64,000 nucleotides of DNA from Octopus vulgaris (lineage: Eukaryota), in assembly GCA_951406725.2 (NCBI GenBank), contig OX597815.1:67146001-67210000 (forward strand). Reading direction: 5' to 3'. A program made the translations under genes and the position numbers. The notes under the pieces are model-generated. The model saw nothing but the letters and a program-made list of their open reading frames with translations. It did not search any database and had not been told where the DNA came from. Of this stretch, positions 27,480-40,327 are shown in pieces (position 1 is the first letter of the stretch; every line of letters starts with the position of its first letter).

Positions 27480-27742
27480 CATGTGTGCGTGTGTGTGTGC
27501 ATATGTGTGTATGTATGAGAACGTACATGCACATATATGTTTGTCTGTGTATGTACATGTACATACATATGTTTGTGTAAGCGTGTACGTATGTAGACGT
27601 TATGAACGCAGAAAGTTTTAGGTCTATGTATTGTGAGAATATAGTTGCGTGTATTTTTATCTTTTATCTTTTTTTTTTCTTTCTACCTATTAGAGTAACA
27701 TCTCATTTATTCAATGGTTTTTCATACTGTCTATTGCCATTA

Positions 27743-27801
27743 ATAGCCAACGAGAATGCATTGTAGCTCTTCGCTCCGACATTCGAAACTCCGAGTACTA
27801 T
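27743..27801 (+). ncRNA. Degenerate type I hammerhead motif (PLE terminus)
   Basis: ATAG-CcaACGA-GAATG...CATTC-GAAAC-TCCGA-GTA-CTAT: stems I and II pair, CUGA core mutated. Lies downstream of the Naiad fragment. Confidence 0.55.
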
Positions 27802-27848
27802 AATGACAACTTACTGTGTGTCCTAAATTATATATATATATATATATA

Positions 27849-28072
27849 AGGCGAGCTGGCAGAAACGTTAGCACGCTGGGCGAAATGCGTAGCCGTATTT
27901 CGTCTGTCGTTACGTTGTGAGTTCAAATTCCGCCGAGGTCGACTTTGCCTTTCATCCTTTCGGGGTCGATAAATTAAGTACCAGTTACGCGCTGGGGTCG
28001 ATGTAATCGACTTAATCCGTTTGTCTGTCCTTGTTTATCCCCTCTGTGTTTAGCCTCTTGTGGGTAGTAAAG

Positions 28073-28076
<4 letters not shown>
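27849..28076 (+). mobile_element. Full-length SINE family A with Tx1-like tail, inserted in (TA)n
   Basis: GGCGAGCTGGCAGAAACGTTAG head, GAGTTCAAATTCC box B, GCCTTTCATCCTTTCGGGGTCGAT core, tail TCCCCTCTGTGTTTAGCCTCTTGTGGGTAGTAAAGAAAT. Confidence 0.92.
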
Positions 28077-28109
<33 letters not shown>

Positions 28110-28113
<4 letters not shown>

Positions 28114-28320
28114 ATTCAAACATGAAAACACAAAGAGAAAACACAACAACGCGATGACTTGGAACAAATATAGTATTATTGGACGCTCAGTAAGGAAGGG
28201 AAGAAGGAGGGTTTTACGTTTTGAGCGGAGCTCTTCGTCAGAAACATAGGAAAAGGAAAGATCCAGAGAAGGGAAGACGGAGGAAAACAATCGCCAACGG
28301 TACACACGCGGTCACACATG
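28110..28320 (-). mobile_element. Penelope-like terminal repeat with minimal hammerhead (GAAA mutated to AAAA)
   Basis: Minus strand 28245-28211 reads GTTT-CTGACGA-AGAGC-TCC-GCTC-aAAAC-GTA-AAAC. Confidence 0.65.
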
Positions 28321-28565
28321 ACAGGTGTACCAAAATCACTCATAAGGCATTGGTTGGTAAACACTTGCCCCAAGTGTAGCACATTGGGGTTGAAACCGAA
28401 ACCACGTGACTGCAAAGCGAGCTTCTTAATTATTCAAAATGGTTCAAAATCGGGCGTTCGAAGCTGATCTTTACGTAGCAGCCAGCATAATCTTTATTTT
28501 ACATTAAAACTCTCTTATCGTGACAGTTTCTTCTATTTTGTTATCAATAGAAATAACAATAATAC

Positions 28566-29312
28566 ACGGCAAATTGGTAAAGTCGTTAGTGTCGAATAAA
28601 ATGCCTCGCGGTATTTGTTCTGGCTCTTGATATTCTGAGCTGATATCCCGTCAAAATCAGTTTTGGCATTCATCCGTTCAGGGTCCTCAGAATAAAGTAA
28701 CACAATTAAGTACTGGAGCCGATGTACTCGAATAACCCCCATCCTATACAGAAAGTAACTGTCCTTGTACTTAAACTAAAGAAAATCTTTAGTAATAACA
28801 ATGGTTACAAATTTTGACATAAGGTCAGCAACTTCGGGGGAGGGGGTAAGTCGATTACACCGACGCCAGTGCTCAACTGGTACTTATTTTTTCGACCCCG
28901 AAAGGTTGAAAGGTAAAGTCGACCTCTGCGGAATTTGAACTCAGAACGTAAGGACTGACAAAATGCCGCTAAGCATTTTGCCCGGCGTGCGAACGACTTA
29001 ATTAATGATAAGAACGACAGTAGTAACAACTGTTTCAAATTTTGGCAGCAGGCCAGCAATTTTAGGAGGGGTATAAATGAATTATGTCGACCGCAGTACT
29101 TGTGTGGTACCTTATTTTAACAACCCTAACAGGATGAAAGGCAAAGTTCATACAGGTTGGATTATATTGTGAGTTCAAATTCTGCTGAGGTCACATTTGC
29201 CCTTCATCCTTTAGAGGTCGATAAAATTAGTACCAGTAGAGCACTGAGGTCGATGCAATCGATTCACCCCTTCCCCCCGAAATTGCTGGCCGTGTGCCAA
29301 AATTTGAGATCA
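28566..29312. mobile_element. Cluster of four SINE family A copies in +,-,-,+ orientation
   Basis: 28566-28790 (+, old), 28805-28996 (-), 29032-29150 (-), 29168-29312 (+); all share core and tail motifs. Confidence 0.8.
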
Positions 29313-29369
29313 TTATTTTTATTATTATCATTATTATTATTATAGAGATTGTCTCTGCTTTTGGTCCTC

Positions 29370-29570
29370 ACATGAAGGTTAATTGTATATCAAGATGACT
29401 AAATATGGATAATTTTTCCATTTCTTTTACAGACACATCATCGTCCGTTGGGATTGGTACTTCGATAAGGAGGTATTTTCTTATCTTACGGTCCTCTACA
29501 GCGACAACAAGAACATCCGGTCGATAAGCTCCTTGATATCCTTCGTCTGTGTGAAATGTCACTATTTACT
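29370..29570 (-). mobile_element. RLE endonuclease remnant (R4/Dong-like non-LTR element)
   Basis: RPDVLVV..EDRKIRKYLLIEVPIPTDDDVSVKEMEKLS, the PD-(D/E)xK RLE signature. Confidence 0.7.
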
Positions 29571-29608
29571 TCCTCGTCCTCCTAGACTTTTCGTCATGTA
29601 TGTATGTT

Positions 29609-29644
<36 letters not shown>

Positions 29645-29927
29645 TGCATGTATGTATTTATGTATAGATATCTATTGTTTCCCCACAATCTAGTTAATAT
29701 TTTCAATAGATTTCTCATCGATTTATATGGATTCCAGTAATCAAAACATTATTCCAGAACACTTAAAGAGTCATTCTTGAAGTCACTTAAACTTCTGCCA
29801 AATAAATGGCAGACTCACACATGCAGCACACACACACATACACGCATACAAACTCATGCACACACTTTCTGTCTGTCTATCTCTCGCTTTCACACACACA
29901 CACACACGCGCACACACACACACACAC

Positions 29928-30003
<76 letters not shown>

Positions 30004-30352
30004 ACGTGGATGTTTAAACAGAAACACCGATATAAAGACACACTGACACAAATCTATATATGTGAAGCACGATTCTACAATCACATACGGAGATTAACGC
30101 ACTTTAAAACTATGTACACGTACTAACGCGCTCACACATACACGCATGCAGATGCGAATGCACACTTATAAATATGCAGACACAAACACTCCTACGCATA
30201 AAACACATTTATACGCATTAACATAATCACACAGGTACACACACATTTACATATACATATATGCATGCATACATACACACACACATATATATCGGTATGT
30301 ATATAAATATATGGAGATATATATATATATGTGTGTGTGTGTGTGCATATAT

Positions 30353-30442
<90 letters not shown>

Positions 30443-30450
30443 GCATATAT

Positions 30451-30491
<41 letters not shown>

Positions 30492-30795
30492 TTCACACAT
30501 GCATGCAGTTAGTCACAAATACGCACTCACATAATATTTATACATACACGAATAGTCAAACGCACACGCACATATACATACACACATACACACATACACA
30601 CACAAACACAAAAAATACATACAGACACACACAGAGATACACACAGACACACACTGAGACGCACACACAAATATATAGCTACATACATACAAATACGCAT
30701 CCACTCACATATATACACATACGTATTCACATAATCCCAAACTCTTAGAACATTATGCTACACTCACATACATTCACATACATGTGTATGTACAT

Positions 30796-30848
<53 letters not shown>

Positions 30849-31043
30849 TACACAGCAGAAAATAGAGCAGACGACTGGAGAAAAAATAAAGATATAAAAC
30901 CAACAAAAACAAACTGCATAAAACCAACAAATCGATAACATTTTTTTATATATTTATATATAAATGAGGAGACTGGAAACTTTTTCCTTGTATTTATCTT
31001 TTCTTCATATCTTTGTTACAGATGATATTGATGCTGATGATTT

Positions 31044-31148
31044 TACTACTACTACTACCACCACCACCACCACCAGCACCAGCACCAGCACCAGCACCAG
31101 CACCACCACCAGCACCAGCACCAGCACCACCAGCACCACCAGCACCAG

Positions 31149-31232
<84 letters not shown>

Positions 31233-31251
31233 CACCACCACCACCACCACC

Positions 31252-31302
<51 letters not shown>

Positions 31303-31617
31303 GCTGCTACTACCACCACCATCACCACCACCACCACCACCACCACCTCCACCATCATCATTGTAAATGAAGTTCTAAATGTTGAAGTCATAATTGTTGG
31401 CGTTGTTGCTGTTGATGGTGATATTAGTAGTAATGTTGGGGGATGATGGTAGTGTTAGTGGTGATGATGTTGCTGGTGGCGTTGGTGGTGGTGATGTTTG
31501 TGATAGTAGATTTTATTTTTATCTCTAATCTGTGGCTGACAAAACAAAGCAAAAGTATCCTGACTTTTAATGTAATAATAATAATAACACCGACAACAAT
31601 AATAATAATGATCTCTT

Positions 31618-31669
<52 letters not shown>

Positions 31670-31680
31670 TAACAACAATT
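31044..31680. repeat. Mosaic trinucleotide microsatellite (ACT/ACC/AGCACC/GGT/AAT)
   Basis: Read directly. Confidence 0.9.
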
Positions 31681-31994
31681 TTAGAAAAACATTTGCACAG
31701 ATATCTCAACTTTGTAGAAAATTTTTTCCTCCTCTACTCCCATTTTCACTTTTTGCTTCTTCTCCTCCTACAACCCCCCTATCTTATCATATCATTTTAT
31801 GTGTGTGTGTGTCTCTCTCTCTATTTTTTCTTTCTCTCTCTCTTTTAGTATCTTCTCTTTATATGAGCTAATCAATCGCTCTGTCTCGTACTTTTGACTT
31901 TACATTTTCCTTTTCACTTTATGGCTTGTATTTTCATTTTATACACCATTATCTCTCTCTCTATCTATCCACATATGCTTATACACACACACAC

Positions 31995-32485
31995 ATCTTC
32001 GGCTGTCCGTCGTAAGTTGACGTTGTTCTTGTTCAGTAATCACCTCTGGCAGGGCTCGCATGTAGGCTACATGGCTTGCTCTTGATCTGCAGCAGCGATG
32101 CCATCTGCTGCAGGTGAAGCTATTTAACACAACGGAGAAATGATGTCTCTCATGTGCTCTTTCGTATTCTTTCTGCTATTTCTTCTCAATGGCTGGAATT
32201 ATGTGCAGGGCTTTCTCTTCCCAGGAGTCTGGGGAGATGTCAGAGTACTTCAGCACATTTCTGTATCGCAACCTTTGGCATAGAAAACTGCTTTTGGGAG
32301 TCTGCCTCCCTCCATCCTGCAAACATGTCCCGCCCAGCACTGCTACGATGACGTAATGAGGGCTTTCACACTAACTGCGCCAGTGCAGCGCAGGACCTCT
32401 TCGTCAGGAATGCAAGTCTGCCATTTGATATGCAAGTTGGAACGCAGATGACGAAGCTGGACTCGCGTGTCAAATGCTTTAGAAA
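31995..32485 (-). mobile_element. RTE-clade LINE 3' fragment
   Basis: LRSNLHIKWQTCIPDEEVL, WAGHVCRM-like GGGCGGGACATGTTTGCAGGATG, PKAVFY, and a C-terminal C..C.R.CRSR-like segment. Confidence 0.7.
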
Positions 32486-32658
32486 ATTCCGCAAACGTTA
32501 CGGAAAGGGGTTAGTGTTGCTTGCTGGTTTCTCCTGTAGCTGTGGAAATTTCGAGATTATGTCTGTGGTTGGCTAACAGGGAAATGCTCTGTTGGTTCTC
32601 ACATTATAGTCGGTCCCCTTTCTTTTTGTAAATGGTGACTATCAGGGCATCTTTGCTC

Positions 32659-32781
<123 letters not shown>

Positions 32782-32849
32782 AGTTCGTCTATCTATCTAT
32801 CTGTCTTCTGCTTGTCTACATTATTTAATATTATAATTTTATGACAACC

Positions 32850-33200
32850 GATCACTGCTGTTACCAAATAGTTTCATGCCAAAAATAAAGAGGGAAATTA
32901 GCAACCATCGGACAAGGCCGAAGTGTAAGTTTACTCACTCCCATGTCATGCAAACTGTATCGCAATAGGTCACATATAACTTCTGTTTTATAGTTTCTCG
33001 CCCAGTCAGTGCGCTTTTCATTATAATTTCATAATAATATTCTACATTTCTATATTTTCTTTTTCTATCTCCGATGACGGAATATTTAGCTTACGTGAAA
33101 TTCTTTGTTCAATGACATGATCAAACATGCTTCGCTATTCAAGAAACAGTTGTAAGAGACTTTACTGTTAAATATAACTATAAATTATGAATTAAATGTT
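32850..33200 (+). mobile_element. Penelope-like terminal repeat with degenerate hammerhead (33068-33157)
   Basis: TCT-CcGATGA-CGGAATA...TATTCAA-GAAAC-AGTT-GTA-AGA. Confidence 0.5.
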
Positions 33201-33310
33201 CTTGAATGATGCCAAATGTCTCACTTTTTCATTATCTGTTATAACGTATGTATGTATGTATGTATGTATGTATGTATGTATGTATGTATGTACATACATA
33301 CATGAGAGAG

Positions 33311-33383
<73 letters not shown>

Positions 33384-33994
33384 AAATTTCGAGATCTCGA
33401 GAAATAGAAGTTAAAAGTTATGGGGACAGGGAACAACAATTGAGATTGTACGATCCTTCCTGAATAATTGATAAATATTTGGTATCGCTGCAAAGGTAGA
33501 TAGATCGAAAGATGTACTTGTTTGACCACAAACAAAACATGTACATACTTTCATATGCTCACATACATATATACCATATGTACATGCGCACAAGCATAAA
33601 CATATACATATATATATGTTGTCTGTACTTTGTACAGAAGCACAAACACAAACACGCATATATAATGGATATATAGATATAAAGAGATAGAGTGAAAAAT
33701 AGTAAGACCATAGGCTAGAGGTAAATATATAAATAGATATACAGTTGTCTTTAACAAATGAACCATCAATATATGCGATATGCATGGAAAAGTGACTAGC
33801 TGTGTGACAGTTAATAATTTAATAAAACATTCAGTAATTCAACGGAAATAGAGATGTGGGTTCCGGAAGAAGCATCAGTCCAGGAAGACAATATCTCAAT
33901 TGAATACGAGAACTGGAATATATAAACTGGAATATGTTCTCTCCCCCCCTCTCTCTCTCTCTCTCACACGCACACACTCGTTATATATTTTTAA

Positions 33995-34372
33995 TGTTTC
34001 TGTATTGGACTACAGCCTTGCTGGGGCTGGGTCTTGAATGGTTTAGTAGAACAAATCGACTTCAGTACTTATTTTAAAGTCTGGTGCTTATTATGTCGAT
34101 TTCTTTTGCTCAACCACTAAGTTACGGTAGTCAGGCAGTGGGGGCAAACACATGCATACATAAAAACACACGCACATACATATATACACAAACATAATAT
34201 ATACACATGTGACGAGATTCCACACAGTTTCTGTCTACCAAATTCACACATGAGGTATTGGTCGGCCGGAGGCTATAGTAGAAAACTCTTGCCCAAAGTG
34301 TTGCGCAGTAGGATTGAAATCGAAACCCCGTGATTGTAAAATGAGCTTCTTAACCTCACAGAGATATCTGTA
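33995..34372 (-). mobile_element. SINE family B (CORE-type, internal TG repeat)
   Basis: GGCTATAGTAGAAAACTCTTGCCCAAAGTG (reverse of CORE-like CTTGGGCAAG), CTACCAAATTCAC, and the shared 3' tail. Confidence 0.8.
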
Positions 34373-35111
34373 CCTGTATATAAGATTTTCAGGCATTTTC
34401 AAAATGCAAGTTTGGATGTTATAGTTCTTTTCAGCGTTTTGAATATTGGTTTACGATCCAAGATAGCAAGAAAAGAAAAAATAATTAAAATATTAAATTC
34501 GAGGACGGGCAGGGGAGGGTAATTGATCCTCATTCATGTTTTGAATTCAGCGGTACTAACATTGAATATTATCTGTCTGATACCGTTAGGTGGAGAGATA
34601 TGTTCAATTATTCCAGTACCTTCGAATTTAATATTTCAACATTTAATTATTGATGGGGTCCTATGCTGAAGAGGAAAACGGTTGGTAAAGTATAATTCTA
34701 TATTCTTTATTCCAATCTAATTCCGAAACAAGCGTCCATAGGTGACCAGATATTGATTGATTTTCGTTACTTCTTCCTCTCTGCCTGTGTAGATTGTTTT
34801 CAAATATTTTGGTTTTTCTGGGAGTTCCTTTTTAAAGTAGAAGAAATAGCTAACGTTTTTTGGCTTCTATTTCTAAACTTCGGTATGTGGTAAGGCAAAT
34901 CTTTGCTGAAGCCTAATTATTAAGTATATATATATATATATATATATAGTATAATCATACTCTTGTGTTTTTCTCCATCACAATACATGGATGAGAAAGG
35001 AAGGGGTGATAGACAAATAAGGAAGGAAGAGGTAAAAAAAATCAAACAACGTTTCAACTCTGTGTGAGTATATGTGTGCATGTACAAGGGAAGTATGTGA
35101 ATGTATGTGTG

Positions 35112-35738
35112 AACCAGCGTTCTTTCAGTAACAAACGATGATCGATGTCACATCTCAAAAGACAACCACTAGATAACATTGATAAGTGTATTAATTTAAT
35201 TTACCATCCATATTTTATCTGTTTTGTTAAATTATTACAGTCACACACACCTATACAAACATATACATATACAAACTCATTAGAGAAAATAATTATTGCC
35301 TGAGTATATCAAGAATATAAAACGACTGCAGTTGAAAGGTATATTATAAATACACATCTTAATTTAACAGTTTATACATGTCCTTAATTTATTTATATTA
35401 AGAAATTTTTACTCAGTGTTCTTTCAGTAACTATACATAAACTAACCAGCATTCTTTCAGTGACAAATAATGATTGATGTCACATCTCAAAATACAACCA
35501 CTAGAAAACATTGAGAAGCGTATTAATTTGAATTACCATCCATATTCTGTCTGTTTTGTTACAAATAATTATTACAATCACACACATCTACACAAACATA
35601 AACATATACAAATTCATTAGAAAAAATAATTATTGCCTGAGTGTATCAAGAATATAAAACGACTACAGTTGAAAAGTATATTATGAATACACATTTAACA
35701 GTTCATACACGTGCCTAATTTATTTATATTACAAAATT
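35112..35738. repeat. Tandem duplication, 332-bp period
   Basis: AACCAGC.TTCTTTCAGT...GATGTCACATCTCAAAA...AATTATTGCCTGAGT...TAATTTATTTATATTA starts at 35112 and again at 35444. Confidence 0.92.
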
Positions 35739-35865
35739 TAAATTATAAATTTTGATTAGGGAGTTTTTACAGCATCAACTATAAGTCACCGCTTTTTGTG
35801 GTATTAAGTGGTATGAGTTTAGTCTGGTTTCAGTAATGGAGAACGCAATTGAAAGGAAACGTCAC

Positions 35866-36128
35866 TTCGAAAAAGTTGGTATTTACTTGCCAGCTCCCGT
35901 ATTTTGTCACGGCCAGCTTTATGTAGCCTTCAGTCGTACATGAAGGAAGGAAAACGTTAAAATTCTTTTGAAGGAAACAAGCAGGCAAAGAATGATAATT
36001 GCGGATAGATTTTTTCTTCCAAAATTTGGTAATAAAAGAATTATTAAACTAAAAACTTGGTTTGTATCTTATTTATATATAAAATACTACAATTATCCGT
36101 CATTTCTGATGGCACGGGGCCAGCAAGT
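35866..36128 (+). mobile_element. Helitron remnant (Pif1-like helicase C-terminus and degenerate 3' end)
   Basis: FEKVGIYLPAPVFCHGQLYVAFSRT (Helitron motif VFSHGQLYVAxSR). GCACGGG..CAAGT resembles the hairpin-CTAG terminus. Confidence 0.8.
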
Positions 36129-36628
36129 ATCTATAATAAAAGGAGGAAAATGCACACAGTTTCATTGTTTTAATCGTTCGTGTACAGAAGCTGTTTCCTT
36201 GAACTGCACGGTTTTCCTCATCTACCAGTGCTAGGACAATTAAATAAAGAAAAAATATTTTTCGGAAAATACAAAACACGCCTGAATATGAACGCATAAA
36301 CAATTTTGGTTTCAGCAAAATTTTCATTCATGATCGCACATCTAACACTGTACATATTTTATCTCACTACTCATGAGTTTATGTAAATTTATCTCACCCA
36401 AAAAGTGTAATCACTAAAAACAAATGTGCAATTACCTCCCCTGTCCCGAATAATAGCAATCACCAATTACCTCCTCTTCCATTTTTTTCTACGTGCTGAT
36501 TCATCTACAAACACTCATTCAAGGACATGGACTAAAAACTTAAGAAAATACGAAATTACAATCATTTCAATGTCTTCAATAACGAAACGCGAAACCGGTT
36601 GACTATCACATTACTCTACCATCTAAAA

Positions 36629-38075
36629 CAGTGTTTCCCAAACTTTTTGCGCCAAATTGCAATATCGTCCAAAAAATGCTCCATCGCCCACCTATATAAA
36701 AAAACCCCCTGACACAACCCCCTCCAAAACAAAATCCCCTAACCCCATCCGTATCATTTGACACACACACTATATTGTAGACTCGTTGCCGTTTGTACTA
36801 AATATGCGTTTACAAATCCCTTATTGTGGGTTTACTTTTGCCATTAGTGCCAATAAAATTCTAACGTTAACTATATTTTTCAAACAGATTAACTTTTGGA
36901 AACTTGCGCTTTCTTTTATACTGATCTTCATTTTCCCTAAATGAACCATTGATCAGAACTACTGATGCAAAAATAATTAATGATTGTATCGTAAAGGAAA
37001 AGAATATAACTTTTTAATGGGAACCATGTGTTCTGGTGCGATGCAACTAGTGCAGATACATTCGGTTTCAAACTTGTCGACTTTAGTCGCAAGTCTCTCC
37101 GTGTCACATCCAGTCCAATTCTTTTATGGGAAAGTAAATTTCCAACATGGTTAAAACAAGATTCAACCAGATATGAGATAGGGAAGGCAAGCAAAAGTAA
37201 TTTCAGATGTTTCTTCAGACTGGGGTAGGAATTCAATATACTTTGATGGTACCACAAACCTTCTTTGCCATTACGGCGATATCGCATTGTGGGGTCATTG
37301 TCATTTTGTAATTCTATCAATTCCTACTGAACGTCACCCTCACAATCGACTGCATCGACCTTAAGTGGATTGCAATACGAATTTGGAATATTTAGCGCAA
37401 TAACATCTTGAAATCGCTCCACCATGTTATCATGCAATGATTGTAAATAGCTGCGATATGTAGTTAAATCCTCATCAACTAACTCATCTTTCAAAGAATC
37501 AAGTTATGGAAATTGATGAAATTGACGTTTTGAAATGTTAGTCTTATACAACACCAATTTCGAAATGAAGGTAGTGATAAATGATTTACAATCAATGAGA
37601 GTTTTTCTGTTTCCTTGCAATAACTTATTCAAATAATTTAATTTTGTGAATATATCACAAAGAAAAAAGATATTGCATCTTGCAGCCACCAATGAAGCGG
37701 ATAATGGAGTATCTTCGAAGAAAGATATTATTTGAAACCGTTCAACAAAGTGTAAAACACAGTTTCCTTTTGACAGCCACCACGCTTAAGTATAGTATAA
37801 GAGTTTAGTATGGTCCTCATCATTTCTCAGACACAGTTGATGGAAAATTCGATCAGACAAGGGACATGACTTCAATTTGTTCACAGTCTTGATAACTAAC
37901 TGTAGCGCATCATTCAACCTACCGTTCAGGAGAGATGAAAAACCTCTGTATCTTCTTATTATCGAAGGGGCTCTATCAGACGCACTGGCAAGAATATTAC
38001 TGCGTGCATTTTCCTTCTTTTATTATACAGAGTTTGCATTACAACTCACCACGTGGGGATAATCGTTTCGCCGAA
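36629..38075 (-). mobile_element. hAT (Buster/Charlie-type) DNA transposon, degenerate transposase
   Basis: TIR CAGTGTTTCCCAAACTTTTT preceded by ATCTAAAA. Translated motifs WLSKGNCV, FFLCDIFTKLNYLNKLLQG and LLLAFPISYLVESCF...DLRLK..LKPN (hAT dimerisation domain). Confidence 0.88.
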
Positions 38076-38085
38076 ATTCTTTTTT

Positions 38086-38171
<86 letters not shown>

Positions 38172-38374
38172 GTTATATATGTTATATATATATACATACA
38201 AACAGACAAATACATACACACATACATGTATCTACATGTACATATAATTTTAAATTTGATTATACACCTGCTAGTATGCCGTTCACTGTCTTCGGCTACC
38301 TGATGTCATCAACAGTATGGATATAAGTGCCACTGGATTTAATTCAGGAATTCCTTCGCGTTCGTCGAGTATAT

Positions 38375-38830
38375 AATATAGGAGAGAAACAGAAAATGGA
38401 ATTCATGAGATTCTTTATTAATCACTACGATCGTCTCAAATCATCTTGCATCAGTCCTTCACGGATGAGATTCTATACAACTGATTGTGCCGCGTCATTC
38501 AGTGCAGATATGCCTCGTCAAGGGATTTTTCAAAAAGTACCTCGCTTATCAATCTCGGCTTCGCATCGTACAAGGGAGATCAGATCTACATTCTGTACGC
38601 CAGCAACTGCAGGCAAATAACGAAATGCATTATAATCGAAATTAGCAAAACCAGATTTAATGAGAGAAGCACTTTTTGAAAAGTCACCTGACGAGGTACA
38701 TCTACACCGAATCATGCACCACAACCGGTTGTGCAGAATCTCACCAGCGAGGGACCGATGCACGATGGGTCGAAACGATCGTAGTGATTAATAAAGAATC
38801 TTGTGAATTTCATTGTCTCTTTCTCTCATG
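38375..38830. mobile_element. Inverted pair of Penelope-like terminal repeats (~185-bp arms)
   Basis: 38375-38565 is the diverged reverse complement of 38640-38830, e.g. GATTCTTTATTAATCACTACGATCGT / ACGATCGTAGTGATTAATAAAGAATC. Confidence 0.85.
38682..38789 (+). ncRNA. Type I hammerhead ribozyme, apparently intact core
   Basis: Stem I AGTCAC/GTGATT; CTGACGA at 38688-38694; stem II GGTACATC/GATGGGTC (imperfect); GAAA at 38772-38775; 2-bp stem III with palindromic GATC loop; cleavage triplet GUA at 38781-38783. Confidence 0.72.
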
Positions 38831-38890
38831 TTATATACACGTACATATATGTATAAGATTAAATGTCTGTATATAGTTATGTATGTTTGC

Positions 38891-38964
<74 letters not shown>

Positions 38965-39674
38965 AAGTCTGTATATATTTCTATACGGCTTACACATTTA
39001 CAAACACAGACACATACGCCATAACACACATGTACACAAACATATACACACACAAAACATACTCATATATACAATGGTAGCCAGAAGATTTAGAGATGAT
39101 ATTCAATATCAATAAAACAGGAACGGAATAATAGAAAGGTTGAAGTTGAAGAATTAACCAGTGAATGATTCCTAAGAGACGGGGAAACAGAAAGGAAAGT
39201 GTTATATACAATTATATGAAGATATAGTAATAGTCTTTACGGTGTAAAAGTCATAAAATGGAAGAATAAAAAAATGTCCAAGACAATATTGTCCGTATAT
39301 AGTGTTGAGGTTGCCGGAAGTAATATAAAAAAAAGTACGAAGGAAGTAAGGGAAACGAGATAAAGAAAAAGGAAGCAAAACTCCATAATTTTAGAGAAAA
39401 TTTGAAATATAATGAAAGTAGTGGTATTGTGTAACGTTAAATGTATTGAAAATTACGGCGATAAAATTCGTTTAAATGGGAAATATGGCGTCCCACACAG
39501 TACAGACATATTTGTCTGCCTGTCCATCTGTTTGTCTGTCTGCCTGTCTGTCTGTCTATTTTTCTGTCTGTCTCTCCATATGCTTGTTTCACTGTCTGAC
39601 TCTCTATCATGTTTCATATCGACTTTCATGTTCCTCTGACTGATTGTTTCTCTATATGTGTGTTGCCTATTCTT

Positions 39675-39932
39675 TTACATGTTTCACTCATTGAACTACA
39701 GTCATGCTGGGGCACTGTCACAAAGAGCTCAGTCGATTAATCGACTTCAGTACTTAGATTTTTTGAATCTAGTATTTCTCCTATTAGTGATTTCTTTGCT
39801 GAATCACTTAGTTACGGGGATACAAACAAAGCAGCACCAGTTATCAAGCGGTGTATGACAAACGCAAAGACGCAAGAAAGCACACACGGACACAGATACA
39901 CACACACACCCACCCACCCACACAGACACACA

Positions 39933-39985
<53 letters not shown>

Positions 39986-40003
39986 ACTGAAAGAAGCCCA
40001 TCG

Positions 40004-40083
<80 letters not shown>

Positions 40084-40284
40084 TGTCTGTGTTTGGCTTC
40101 CCCAACACTGCTTGATAATTGGTGTTGGTGTCTTTACGTCTCCATAAATTAGCGCTTCGGCAAAGAAGATCGATAGAATAAGTTAGAATTGGGTTAAAAA
40201 AAGTACTGAGGTCGATTCGTTCGACGAAATATTCAAGGCAGTGCTCCAGCATGGCCACAGTCTAATGACTAAAACAAGTAATAG

Positions 40285-40285
<1 letters not shown>
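39675..40285. mobile_element. Two SINE family B 3' halves in inverted orientation
   Basis: 39675-39980 (-) and 39981-40285 (+) carry complementary tails and complementary (CA)n/(TG)n tracts. Confidence 0.85.

Positions 40286-40325
<40 letters not shown>

Positions 40326-40327
<2 letters not shown>

Noticed and set aside
27849-27935. tRNA gene-like A/B boxes (also 12440-12540, 53321-53372)
   Set aside because: These are SINE heads; no complete cloverleaf is visible.
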